DNA of 22,252 bases from a virus (taxonomy: Duplodnaviria; Heunggongvirae; Uroviricota; Caudoviricetes), in IMG/VR virus record IMGVR_UViG_2693429719_000008, positions 1-22,252 of that record; one strand, written 5' to 3'. The notes beneath the pieces were generated by a model that was not told where the DNA came from, searched no databases, and was given only the letters and a program-made list of their open reading frames with translations. A program made the translations under genes and the position numbers. Shown here piece by piece: positions 1-8,276 of this stretch (positions are counted from its first letter, which is position 1; the number at the start of each line of letters is the position of its first letter).

Positions 1-1569
1 CTCTTTCGCGGTATCCGTACCGATTTCGGTAAGGTAAACCCCGTTTTTGTTTCGCTTACGTGGCATGCTGGCCACCGGCTTTCCGTAGACGGATGCCCCT
101 TTAATGGGGATCACCCGGAACAGCCCATGTTTTTTCGAGCGTTCATACACAATGGTCGGGTCAATCCCGCCAGTATCCCAGCAGATACGGGATACCGACA
201 TTTCTGCACCATTCCGGCGGATATAGGTTTTATTGATGGCCTCATCCACACGCAGCAGCGTCTGTTCATCATCGTGGCGGCCCATAATAATCTGCCGGTC
301 AATTAGCCAGCTTTCCTCACCCGGCCCCCATCCCCATACGCGCATTTCGTAGCGATCCAGCTGGGAGTCGATACCGGCAGTCAGGTAAGCCACACGGTCA
401 GGAACGGGCGCTGAATAATGCTCTTTCCGCTCTGCCATCACTTCAGCATCCGGACGTTCACCGATTTTCGCTTCCCATGTCTCACCGAGCGTGGTGTTCA
501 CGAAGGTTTTACGTTTTCCCGTATCCCCTTTCGTTTTCATCCAGTCTTTGACAATCTGCACCCAGGTGGTGAACGGGCTGTACGCCGTCCAGATGTGAAA
601 GGTCACGCTGTCCGGCGGCTCAATCTCTTCACCGGATGACGAAAACCAGAGAATGCCATCACGGGTCCAGATCCCGGTCTTTTCGCAGATATAACGGGCA
701 TCAGTGAAGTCCAGCTCCTGCTGGCGGATGACGCAGGCATTATGTTCGCAGAGATAAAACACGCTGGAGGGATCATCCGGCGTCCATTTGAGGCCAAACG
801 GCGTCTCTTTATCGCCAAATTTAAGGTACTGCTCCTCCCCGCAGTGCGGGCAGGCAACATGAAAACGCATAAAATGCGGGGATTCACTGGCTGCACGCTC
901 AATCTGACAGGTGCCTCTCACTTTGGGCGTGGAGCCACGGATGGACTTTGGCCAGACCGAGCCTTCAATACGCTTGTCACCCAGGAACGTCGGAGAGCCT
1001 TCCTGTTCAATATCATCATCAAAGGCAGCAAGTTCATCATAACCCGCCACATCCACTGACTTTTCACGGTAGTTTTTTGCCGCTTTACCGCCCAGGCACC
1101 AGAAGCCACGACCATTGGTGAAACGCTTCATGGTGAGCGTGTTATCCCGGTGCTTTTTGCCATACCACGGGGCCAGCGCCAGCAGCGACGGAATATCACG
1201 GATGGTCGGCTCGACGTGGGTTTTCATAAAGTTCTCGGCATCACCATCCGTCGGCAACCAGATAAGGGTGTTGCGCTGCTTATGCTCTATGAAGTAGGCA
1301 TAAACACCCAACAGCATTTTGGAATAACCGACACGGGCAGACTTCACCACATTTACCTCGCGGATGTAGTCGCTGCCCATCGCATTCATGATGGCCCGCT
1401 GAAAGGGCAGTGTTTCCCAGCGCCCTTCCTGGTATGCGGATTCTTTCGGGAGATAGTAATTAGCATCCGCCCATTCAACGGCGGTCTGTGGCTCCGGCCT
1501 GAACAGTGAGCGAAGCCCGGCGCGGACAAAATGCCGCAGCCTGTTAACCTGACTGTTCGATATATTCAC
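1..1569 (-). CDS. A: Terminase large subunit gpA, N-terminal ~523 codons; gene runs off the window start
   Basis: RC of 1567-1569 is GTG followed by NISNSQVNRLRHFVRAGLRSLF; RC of 1-60 translates in the same frame to RKRNKNGVYLTEIGTDTAKE; both match lambda A as I recall it. Not in the ORF track because no stop falls inside the window. Confidence 0.9.
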   Translation of the reverse strand, partial: MNISNSQVNRLRHFVRAGLRSLFRPEPQTAVEWADANYYLPKESAYQEGRWETLPFQRAIMNAMGSDYIREVNVVKSARVGYSKMLLGVYAYFIEHKQRNTLIWLPTDGDAENFMKTHVEPTIRDIPSLLALAPWYGKKHRDNTLTMKRFTNGRGFWCLGGKAAKNYREKSVDVAGYDELAAFDDDIEQEGSPTFLGDKRIEGSVWPKSIRGSTPKVRGTCQIERAASESPHFMRFHVACPHCGEEQYLKFGDKETPFGLKWTPDDPSSVFYLCEHNACVIRQQELDFTDARYICEKTGIWTRDGILWFSSSGEEIEPPDSVTFHIWTAYSPFTTWVQIVKDWMKTKGDTGKRKTFVNTTLGETWEAKIGERPDAEVMAERKEHYSAPVPDRVAYLTAGIDSQLDRYEMRVWGWGPGEESWLIDRQIIMGRHDDEQTLLRVDEAINKTYIRRNGAEMSVSRICWDTGGIDPTIVYERSKKHGLFRVIPIKGASVYGKPVASMPRKRNKNGVYLTEIGTDTAKE

Positions 1570-2089
1570 TCAGCAACCCCGGTATCAGTTCATCCAGCGC
1601 GGCTGCTTTGTTCATGGCTTTGATGATATCCCGTTTCAGGAAATCAACATGTCGGTTTTCCAGTTCCGGAAAACGCCGCTGCACCGACAGGGGGATCCCG
1701 TCGAGAATACTGGCAATTTCACCTGCGATCCGCGACAGCACGAAAGTACAGAATGCGGTTTCCACCACTTCAGCGGAGTCTCTGGCATTTTTCAGCTCCT
1801 GTGCGTCGGCCTGCGCACGCGTAAGTCGATGGCGTTCGTACTCAATAGTCCCTGGCTGGAGATCTGTCTCGCTGGCCTGCCGCAGTTCTTCAACTTCCCG
1901 GCGCAGCTTTTCGTTCTCAATTTCAGCATCCCTTTCGGCATACCATTTTATGGCGGCGGCAGAGTCATAAAGCACCTCATTACCCTTCCCACCACCTCGC
2001 AGAACGGGCATTCCCTGCTCCTGCCAGTTCTGAATGGTACGGATACTCGCACCGAAAATGTCAGCCAGCTGCTTTTTGTTGACTTCCAT
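1544..2089 (-). CDS. nu1: Terminase small subunit Nu1
   Basis: 181 aa MEVNKKQLADIFGASIRTIQNWQEQGMPVLRGGGKGNEV... is near-identical to lambda Nu1 as I recall it; stop overlaps the A start as in lambda. Confidence 0.95.
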   Translation of the reverse strand: MEVNKKQLADIFGASIRTIQNWQEQGMPVLRGGGKGNEVLYDSAAAIKWYAERDAEIENEKLRREVEELRQASETDLQPGTIEYERHRLTRAQADAQELKNARDSAEVVETAFCTFVLSRIAGEIASILDGIPLSVQRRFPELENRHVDFLKRDIIKAMNKAAALDELIPGLLSEYIEQSG

Positions 2090-2300
2090 TGTTCATTCCA
2101 CGGACAAAAACAGAGAAAGGAAACGACAGAGGCTAAAAAGCCCGTTTTCAGCACCTGTCGTTTCCTTTCTTTTCAGGGGGGGTTTTAAATAAAAACATTA
2201 GGTTACGGCGAAGAAGAACGGAAACGCCTTAAACCGGAAAATTTTCATAAATAGCGAAAACCCGCGCGCCTTCCGCCCCGTAACGTTCTGGATCGCCGGA
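2090..2300. other. cos region (cosB, cosN, cosQ side); cohesive-end 12-mer equivalent at 2267-2278
   Basis: RC of 2161-2266 matches the first ~110 nt of the lambda left end (CGCGGGTTTTCGCTATTTATGAAAATTTTCCGG...); the cosN flank CGTTACG is present at 2279-2285. Confidence 0.75.
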
Positions 2301-2456
2301 AAGGACCCGAAAATGATAATACATATCAATTACACTTAAAGGGGGGGGTTAATTTGTTCACATCAACACTCCGGACCCCAATGGCCTTCTACTCTGGTTT
2401 TGCCATAAAATAGTCCTGATACATATTCATATCAGTTAGTCATATACGGAAAAAAT

Positions 2457-2783
2457 ATGGGCATTACTATTTTCAGCAGTGAAATACAGGATGTTGATAG
2501 CGAAGCGATGTACAAGAGTTGGCTAGCAACCCATTCCGATGGATTCGTTATTAATCTGCTTAAGTCGGCCAGCGGGAAAGGCAGAAAAAATGATGCCAGA
2601 TTTACGCGGATTCATCGAGCCTCATGCAAATCAATCAACCCGTTAATCAGCCCAAAAAATCACGCCGGCTTTACTACTGGCCGATACCAAAAAGTATGTG
2701 TTCTTACGCTTGACGAGGCCGAGTCCACCGCAGGCCAACTAACAGGACTGCCAACCATCCAGAGATGTCATTGGTGTATATAA
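2457..2783 (+). CDS. Hypothetical protein, cargo gene next to cos, transcribed opposite to the terminase genes
   Basis: 108-aa ORF preceded by an AT-rich region and followed by a hairpin terminator; no family recognised. Confidence 0.35.
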   Translation: MGITIFSSEIQDVDSEAMYKSWLATHSDGFVINLLKSASGKGRKNDARFTRIHRASCKSINPLISPKNHAGFTTGRYQKVCVLTLDEAESTAGQLTGLPTIQRCHWCI

Positions 2784-2827
2784 GATACTGCAGTTACGAT
2801 GGGCCTGCCCATGATGACGGAATAATA

Positions 2828-2846
2828 AACCGCCAAAAAGGCGGTT
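2828..2846. terminator. Bidirectional rho-independent terminator-like hairpin between convergent ORFs
   Basis: AACCGCC-AAAAA-GGCGGTT stem-loop flanked by A/T-rich runs on both strands, directly after the stops of the 2457..2783 (+) and 2848..3135 (-) ORFs. Confidence 0.5.
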
Positions 2847-2847
2847 A

Positions 2848-3135
2848 TTAAATTTGACCTCTTGACTTTTCTATTTCATAAAGACCCACTCCATCTCCTG
2901 CATCAAGCAATGCATAATATTCAGGGTCTTTAATTCGATCTATCTGATTTGAAATTTCAAGTAACTCATCCTTTAAAGAATCTACTTCAGAGGCTAATCT
3001 TTCATTTTCATCCCTCAGCTCCCTAACTTCTTGCTGTAAAGACAGTAAGCTCTTCCCGGTTGCTGGAAATCGGTTTATCTCATGCCAGATTGCAACTATT
3101 AAAGCTAATACCGCAACGGTTAAAGATGTCATCAT
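2848..3135 (-). CDS. Small membrane-anchored coiled-coil protein, function unknown
   Basis: 95 aa with an N-terminal hydrophobic segment (SLTVAVLALIVAIW) followed by heptad-like charged sequence (LQQEVRELRDENERLASEVDSLKDELLEI); GGGAGA-type RBS before ATGATG. Confidence 0.5.
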   Translation of the reverse strand: MMTSLTVAVLALIVAIWHEINRFPATGKSLLSLQQEVRELRDENERLASEVDSLKDELLEISNQIDRIKDPEYYALLDAGDGVGLYEIEKSRGQI

Positions 3136-3163
3136 TGGTCTCCCTTTACTTTACAGGATATAG

Positions 3164-3200
3164 CACCATCACAGACACTCTACGAGATCCTGTGATGGTG
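3164..3200. repeat. Perfect 11-bp inverted repeat (CACCATCACAG / CTGTGATGGTG) with 15-nt spacer in the 5' region of the 2848..3135 gene
   Basis: Read directly from the sequence. Confidence 0.6.
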
Positions 3201-3242
3201 AGATTAGAATGGAGGCTGTCTATGGTGATGCACCTGTGGATG

Positions 3243-3782
3243 TTATGATTTTTCGATCATTTTTATTACATTTTTGGCTGGCTTAATTTTCATCGTATCG
3301 CCGGTAGCAAGGTGCACAAGCAACATTAATTTGCGAACGTTGCCGCCCTGTTCCCATATCTTATTTTTCATATCTCTGGCCCAGTCGCCATTAGTATCAT
3401 TTTGAATAAAGAAAAATGCATATTCGCCATGCTCAATTTTTTTTGGTAAATCGTCACCAAACCCACCCCCCAGAATCTGAAGTAGTGAGTTTTTTGTACC
3501 GAACGTCCATGTTACTGAAGTTATAGTTGCGGTTTGAATGCCAACATTTGCAATGTTGATCGTAACTCCAAACGTGCTCACATTTTGGCCTGTGATGCCC
3601 CCAAGCGATACTGTTCCTCTTAACTTCGGTCGAGGTCGACGGTTAGAAATATATAAAGTCAGGCATACTGCCATAAAGGTTGCAATGCCTGAAAACCACG
3701 TTCCTACCATTGACCAAAAAGCCCATTCTGCTGTATTTCTAGTGGCAACCAATGATTCGTAAGCTATATAATCTGCGTTCAT
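3243..3782 (-). CDS. Single-pass membrane protein, function unknown; start uncertain (ATG at 3782 with GAGGTG RBS, or ATG at 3824)
   Basis: AT-rich coding region; the track ORF extends to 3986 through GC-rich DNA that is probably not coding. N-terminal hydrophobic segment AEWAFWSMVGTWFSGIATFMAVCLTLYI followed by a ~130-aa soluble part. Confidence 0.45.
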   Translation of the reverse strand: MNADYIAYESLVATRNTAEWAFWSMVGTWFSGIATFMAVCLTLYISNRRPRPKLRGTVSLGGITGQNVSTFGVTINIANVGIQTATITSVTWTFGTKNSLLQILGGGFGDDLPKKIEHGEYAFFFIQNDTNGDWARDMKNKIWEQGGNVRKLMLLVHLATGDTMKIKPAKNVIKMIEKS

Positions 3783-4100
3783 CTTCACCTCATTTATCGA
3801 TGAAGTGATTGTAACTAAAAGCATTATCGCAAGCACTAAGTGAATGCCAACCACACTCTCGCAGTAGCTGCGCTCATTCCCTTGAGGCCATGTGTCAGGG
3901 GTATCTCGTGAATCCCTCACCACTAACCGGAAGCTGACTGGCGACCAGCCTGGAGTACCGGTGCGCTTCTTCCCGTTACCCCTCACCAGTACGCCCTCAG
4001 CTTTTTACCTGAGACTGGCTACCCGCAACTTTGGGTATTCGGGGCAGCATCATGACTGCTGCATTGGCGCCACTTGCCACGGTCCGTCCGCTTTACTGCT

Positions 4101-4358
4101 TCATAGCTTGATCCTCTCTGCTTCAATTTTTCGAATATCAGCTTTATCTCGGTTACAGGTCGCCAGCGCGGAAAGCAGACTGACATTCAAATCCAGACTG
4201 CCCCCATAGGTCAGCGGATCAGGAATAACTGGTTGTGGGGTCTCAGTGGTCAGATTCGCCGGTAGCGGTACCGCTGGAACTGGTACGTAAACTGTCCGCG
4301 TACCGGCGCAGCCGTTCAGCTGCACGAGCAGGAACAGGACGGGCAGCGCAATCATCAT
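4101..4358 (-). CDS. o-spanin (Rz1-like outer-membrane lipoprotein), overlapping the 3' end of the i-spanin gene in another frame
   Basis: Internal start MMIALPVLFLLVQLNGC gives a lipoprotein-type signal with Cys, followed by a proline-rich mature part (VPVPAVPLPANLTTETPQPVIPDP). Confidence 0.6.
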   Translation of the reverse strand: MMIALPVLFLLVQLNGCAGTRTVYVPVPAVPLPANLTTETPQPVIPDPLTYGGSLDLNVSLLSALATCNRDKADIRKIEAERIKL

Positions 4359-4635
4359 TCGCAACAGCCGTTTTGATATCTGTCTGGGTTCTCTGTGACT
4401 CCAGTGCAATCTGCTGTTTTGCATGCTGGCTAGCCTCCAGAACTGTATTGACGATTTGCAGTGATTGCAGGACGTTATTGGTAATGACAGTTGTCGATTT
4501 GGCATTTTGTACAGCCTCATCAGCACGTTTCTTTTCGTGCTGATATTTGCTGTAGTAGTGGTTGGCAGACCAGATGAAAGAACCGATGACAGTAACGAGA
4601 AAAGCAGCGATAACCAGCTTATAGCTCAACTTCAT
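4243..4635 (-). CDS. i-spanin (Rz-like)
   Basis: 130 aa with N-terminal TM (LVIAAFLVTVIGSFIW) then coiled-coil-like sequence; sits directly after the endolysin with an embedded/overlapping lipoprotein ORF. Confidence 0.7.
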   Translation of the reverse strand: MKLSYKLVIAAFLVTVIGSFIWSANHYYSKYQHEKKRADEAVQNAKSTTVITNNVLQSLQIVNTVLEASQHAKQQIALESQRTQTDIKTAVANDDCAARPVPARAAERLRRYADSLRTSSSGTATGESDH

Positions 4636-5095
4636 TTACCACCCCACCAGCCTCTTTAAATCGGGAAATCAGGTCACCGATTTTATGTTCATACTGACCG
4701 TAACCTGCTCCGGGTAACGAAGCCCAGATATTGCTGCAACAGTCGATTGCCTGACGGATGTCACCGCGATCAATCATTAGTAAAGCACCACGCTCCTTAA
4801 TCTGCTGCAATGCAACAGCATCCTGGCTTTTAGGAGAGAAGTCTGTCAGCCCTAACTGCTTGCGGTAAGCATCCCACCAGCGTGAAAGAAGTTGATAACG
4901 GCCTGCGGCTGTTGATTTGAGTTTCGGGTTTAGCGTGACAAGTTTTCGAGGGTGATCGGAGTAATCAGTGAAGAGTTCGCCACCGACAATAACGTCATAA
5001 CCGCGGTTACGTGTCGGTTGTCGCCCGTTATCCGTTCCTTCTGACCACGCCAACATATCGAGGAAAGCTTTACGCTGAGGATTAAGATTTTGCAT
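4619..5095 (-). CDS. R: Endolysin, lambda R-type lytic transglycosylase
   Basis: 158 aa ...NPQRKAFLDMLAWSEGTDNGRQ...YDVIVGGELFTDYSDHPRKLVTLNPKLKST...GRYQLLSRWWDAYRKQLGL... closely matches lambda R as I recall it. Confidence 0.9.
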   Translation of the reverse strand: MQNLNPQRKAFLDMLAWSEGTDNGRQPTRNRGYDVIVGGELFTDYSDHPRKLVTLNPKLKSTAAGRYQLLSRWWDAYRKQLGLTDFSPKSQDAVALQQIKERGALLMIDRGDIRQAIDCCSNIWASLPGAGYGQYEHKIGDLISRFKEAGGVVNEVEL

Positions 5096-5399
5096 TTTTC
5101 ACCCCTGTCAGTCGTTCCCAGAAGTACGTCAGTGCAACCGAGCCCATCGCACCACTAATCCCCGCTGTCGCGAGAATCATGTAAATACTGAATCCACTTT
5201 CGATACTGATCAGGCCACCAATAACACCGGTGAATCCCGATACCACTATCTGAGCCAGAGCATTTATCCAGCTCCACGTTGCTTTACTTTGCTTCACATC
5301 TATCAGATAGCGGACCAAACCGCCCCAACCTGCGATGATCAGCAAAACGAGCCAGAACGCTCCGGCAAGGCTCTCTTTTTCGTGCATATGAATAGCCAA
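5082..5399 (-). CDS. Holin (three predicted TM segments, dual-Met N-terminus MAIHM)
   Basis: 105 aa with three hydrophobic stretches, immediately upstream of and overlapping the endolysin gene; not lambda S by sequence. Confidence 0.7.
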   Translation of the reverse strand: MAIHMHEKESLAGAFWLVLLIIAGWGGLVRYLIDVKQSKATWSWINALAQIVVSGFTGVIGGLISIESGFSIYMILATAGISGAMGSVALTYFWERLTGVKNAKS

Positions 5400-5615
5400 T
5401 GTTTCGCCGCCGACGAAAGGCCGGGACGCTAATGATTAAAAACTTACATGGGAAATATTGTTATAAACAGTCAACTCAAAATAACTAAAAAATCTTATAA
5501 CTAAGCGAATGGCCTTCAAAAGCCGATCCATGCAACTTGCATAAAACGATCTTTATCAATGAGTTACATGTGTGGTTAAATACCATGCTTTAAGGACTAA
5601 GAGCATTACCAGCAG

Positions 5616-6419
5616 ATGACAGAAAAAGATAACATTGGTAAGTTAATTTGGCATATTGCTTGCGATGAATCTGGCATTGATGGGCAACGTTTCTACGGCT
5701 TTGGCAGTCTGTGGATGAAGTACCAACGCCGTGGGGATTTCTGTCAACTAATCAGAGAACTACGCAGCAAACATGGTTTTTTTGAAGAAATAAAATGGCA
5801 AAAAGCCCATTCAAAAAGATACTCTGAATTTTATCTTGAGCTGATCGACTTATTCTTTAGAGTTCCTTGGCTAGCTTTTCATTGTATCGTGGTTGAAAAA
5901 TCAATAGTAAACAAGACATTTCATAATGGGGATTATGACCTGGCAAGGAGAAAGCACTTCACAAATCTCATTACCACAAAAATTAGCTCTGTAATTTCTG
6001 CACACCCTGAAAGAGACAGTTACTTCAGGATTGAAGTTGATCCTATCGCATCTCGTTATAAAAAGGCCGATGAAGAACTAAATGTTATTGCCAATAACAT
6101 ATTGAATAGAAAATTTGGTCGTAAAGGGATAATCAGCAGTGTAGTGACAAAAGACTCTAAAGCATCTGAAAACATTCAGCTAGCCGATTTTTTCTTAGGT
6201 GCGGTTATGTGCGCATATCAAGGAAAAGCTTCATCTGAAGCCAAAATAAGAGTATCAAACTATGTTGCTTCATATTTAGGCTGGGATCATTTGCAATATG
6301 ATACATGGCACACTGAGAGAAAATTTAATATCTGGTATTTTTATGATAAAACTCGAGGGTCACGAGATATAGAAACTCAAAATGTTAGCTTAAAGTATCC
6401 ACTTCCCCAAAAGAAATAG
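5616..6419 (+). CDS. DUF3800-like protein, cargo gene of unknown function
   Basis: 267 aa with N-terminal HIACDESGIDG and C-terminal NIQLADFFLG motifs that I associate with DUF3800; lies in an AT-rich island with its own upstream AT-rich region. Confidence 0.6.
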   Translation: MTEKDNIGKLIWHIACDESGIDGQRFYGFGSLWMKYQRRGDFCQLIRELRSKHGFFEEIKWQKAHSKRYSEFYLELIDLFFRVPWLAFHCIVVEKSIVNKTFHNGDYDLARRKHFTNLITTKISSVISAHPERDSYFRIEVDPIASRYKKADEELNVIANNILNRKFGRKGIISSVVTKDSKASENIQLADFFLGAVMCAYQGKASSEAKIRVSNYVASYLGWDHLQYDTWHTERKFNIWYFYDKTRGSRDIETQNVSLKYPLPQKK

Positions 6420-6538
6420 ACGTCGACCTCTCAGCCGACACGGTTGGAGTCCCAGACCAATTATCGAGTCGAAGTTACCAACTTGGCGGTTATCTTTTGG
6501 GAGCCGCCCCTTCATTCCCAAAACCTTTATTGCAGAAA

Positions 6539-6567
6539 AATCTATATCCTGGAAATTGGATAGTCAA
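6539..6567 (-). promoter_or_regulatory. Candidate late promoter (pR'-like)
   Basis: On the minus strand TTGACT, 17-nt spacer, TAGATT, about 75 nt downstream of the Q-like stop. Confidence 0.35.
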
Positions 6568-6640
6568 CCCTTACGACACCTACGAACAGTTGCACATACA
6601 ACATTGGCAAAATATCAGATTTACACGGAATATATGCCTT

Positions 6641-7330
6641 TCAATCCAGTTTTGCAATACTTTGCTGTGAAAATGTCGTCTTTTGTTTTGAACGTGTTCT
6701 CGTTACAAGCAATAAAGCTTCGCTATCAAGCTGTAGAAAAATGTGCTTCATTGCAACCCAGCGTTCAGTAAATGTCTCAGACCAGTTTTTTGATGTCACT
6801 CCCACCAGTGATGCCAGCTCCTGGTATTCATAGGTCTTACGCCCTGCCAGCTCGTTCTTCACATCCTGTGCCGCCAGCCAGATCAACTTCTTCAAACGTT
6901 CCAGTGTCTTACCTGCAATTTTTCTGGTACCCAACAGAGTCTTAAACTCGCTCCATGCCCACTGCGTTATGGTGACCTGATGTTCCCAGCGAACACTTTC
7001 GCTGTAACTCCACAGCAACCACGCTTTCTGATGTTCTTCGAGAGACAGAACCGCGCGGCGCCATGACGAGGTTGAGAACTCAACCTGGCTTACCAGTGCA
7101 ATGGATGAACCTTTTGCGTACGACTGCTTACCGGAAATCGGCGGATTATCCAGCGTAATCATCCTGCCAGTTACCTCATCCAGAATGCGCAGCTTCTTTC
7201 GTTTGTATGTACCAGTATCAAATTGTGCATGCTCCAGCCAGGCTTCAAGCTGTCCTTTCGTTGCTCCGCTCAAATCAGCGGTAGCCACAATGAGTTGCTC
7301 GCGGACATACTGTAAATATTGGGTATTCAT
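6641..7330 (-). CDS. Putative late-gene antiterminator, Q-position protein (long cysteine-free type)
   Basis: 229-aa ORF in the Q slot between ylcG/rusA and the lysis genes; start overlaps the ylcG-like stop; contains no Cys, so it is not a lambda/82/21 zinc-finger Q. Assignment is mainly positional. Confidence 0.4.
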   Translation of the reverse strand: MNTQYLQYVREQLIVATADLSGATKGQLEAWLEHAQFDTGTYKRKKLRILDEVTGRMITLDNPPISGKQSYAKGSSIALVSQVEFSTSSWRRAVLSLEEHQKAWLLWSYSESVRWEHQVTITQWAWSEFKTLLGTRKIAGKTLERLKKLIWLAAQDVKNELAGRKTYEYQELASLVGVTSKNWSETFTERWVAMKHIFLQLDSEALLLVTRTRSKQKTTFSQQSIAKLD

Positions 7331-7467
7331 GCGGCAGCTCCTTTCAGTGTTTTGGCGTAATTCTTCAGTATCCGGTAATCGGTCAAAACAGAACCAGGAA
7401 AACGATATAAGCGCAGGCGCACCCAGCGGCGGCGAAGACGCTCTGCCATATAAGACTCAAACATCAT
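7327..7467 (-). CDS. ylcG: YlcG-like small protein (46 aa)
   Basis: Hand-translated [46 protein letters not shown]; ATG overlaps the rusA stop and its stop overlaps the Q-like ATG; matches the DLP12 rusA-ylcG-Q order. Below the ORF-track size cutoff. Confidence 0.45.
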   Translation of the reverse strand: MMFESYMAERLRRRWVRLRLYRFPGSVLTDYRILKNYAKTLKGAAA

Positions 7468-7826
7468 TCATTCCCCAGTTCAGTGATGGTCAGTTCCAGC
7501 TTCCCACCTTTGGTAACAGGCATCTTCACAACGCGGTAATCAACGACCAGCTCATCATCCAGCCAGAAACCTGCTTTAGTGAGTGCGTCAAAAGCGGCTT
7601 TTTGCAGATTATCCAGGTCACGGCGACGGCGATCCGGCATGTGGCACTCAATGCGGATTTTCACAGGCATAGCCAGACCGATATCCAGCATTGAGCCTTT
7701 AATGATTCGGGCGACGTTATCACGGTATGCCTGCCCTTCTGCGCTGATGTGCGTGCGCCCGCGATTATGCCTGTAGTAGCGGTTATTGCTCGGCGGCCAG
7801 GGTAGTGTGATGTGGTAAGTATTCAC
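7464..7826 (-). CDS. rusA: RusA Holliday-junction resolvase
   Basis: From GTG at 7826: [41 protein letters not shown]...[35 protein letters not shown]... matches RusA as I recall it; AGGGGG RBS upstream. Confidence 0.85.
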   Translation of the reverse strand: MNTYHITLPWPPSNNRYYRHNRGRTHISAEGQAYRDNVARIIKGSMLDIGLAMPVKIRIECHMPDRRRRDLDNLQKAAFDALTKAGFWLDDELVVDYRVVKMPVTKGGKLELTITELGNE

Positions 7827-8113
7827 GCCTTGATTACCCCCTCTTTCAGCCAGATAACCTGCGTTCTCGCCATACCTTCCAGCGCGCATTCTTTTGCGTA
7901 CTCAGCATCGACAAAATGCGTGCGGCGGTCGATTTCGTCGTGACAGGCAGAACAGGCAATGGTGGCAATAAGGTCTGGCGGTTTAATACCGGTGCCGCAC
8001 AATCCAGCCAGCCGGATATGTGCCAGTACAGACGTTTCAGGGTTGCCATTACATACGCCAGGGATTCTTACCTGGCATTCCCGACCACGCGCTGCTTTTC
8101 TCAAATCAGCCAT
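7823..8113 (-). CDS. ybcO: YbcO-like protein (Cys-rich, DLP12-type nin gene)
   Basis: From internal ATG: [64 protein letters not shown]..., recognised as YbcO. Confidence 0.75.
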   Translation of the reverse strand: MADLRKAARGRECQVRIPGVCNGNPETSVLAHIRLAGLCGTGIKPPDLIATIACSACHDEIDRRTHFVDAEYAKECALEGMARTQVIWLKEGVIKA

Positions 8114-8276
8114 GATTCCTCCTTGCTGCCAGTCGCAACCATTTTTTATCAACCAGGCTGGCGGTATATCCGAGCAGTGTTGGTATTTCGGATGGCTTCA
8201 GCTCAGGTTTACGCTTACGACGATTTGGTACTCTGTAGATGTGTCCGTTCATGACACGAATAAGCGGTGTAGCCAT
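8106..8276 (-). CDS. ninE: NinE family protein
   Basis: From internal ATG: [56 protein letters not shown]; start overlaps the ybcN stop. Confidence 0.75.
   Translation of the reverse strand: MATPLIRVMNGHIYRVPNRRKRKPELKPSEIPTLLGYTASLVDKKWLRLAARRNHG

Noticed and set aside
111-1509. Seven track ORFs (111..302, 603..902, 918..1115 on minus; 418..639, 742..1059, 1115..1297, 1150..1509 on plus) inside the terminase A region
   Set aside because: All lie in alternative frames of the lambda A coding sequence, which is read in the minus frame ending at 1569 and matches lambda A at both ends of the window segment; they are frame-shadow artefacts.
1608-2188. Plus-strand ORFs 1608..1970 and 1649..2188 and minus ORF 1948..2154 overlapping Nu1 and cos
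   Set aside because: They are antisense or out of frame relative to the near-lambda-identical Nu1 gene and extend across the cos/cosB noncoding region; no RBS support.
3892-4209. Plus-strand ORF across the Rz1 3' end, and the GC-rich N-terminal extension of the 3243..3986 minus ORF
   Set aside because: The long minus ORF starts at GTG in GC-rich DNA unlike the AT-rich gene body; the internal ATG at 3782 with a GAGGTG RBS is a better start. The plus ORF is antisense with no support.
6420-6640. Searched the Q-to-lysis intergenic region for phage tRNA genes or a 6S-type terminator
   Set aside because: No tRNA-like cloverleaf signatures found; only weak hairpins without a clean U-tract, so no RNA gene is called.
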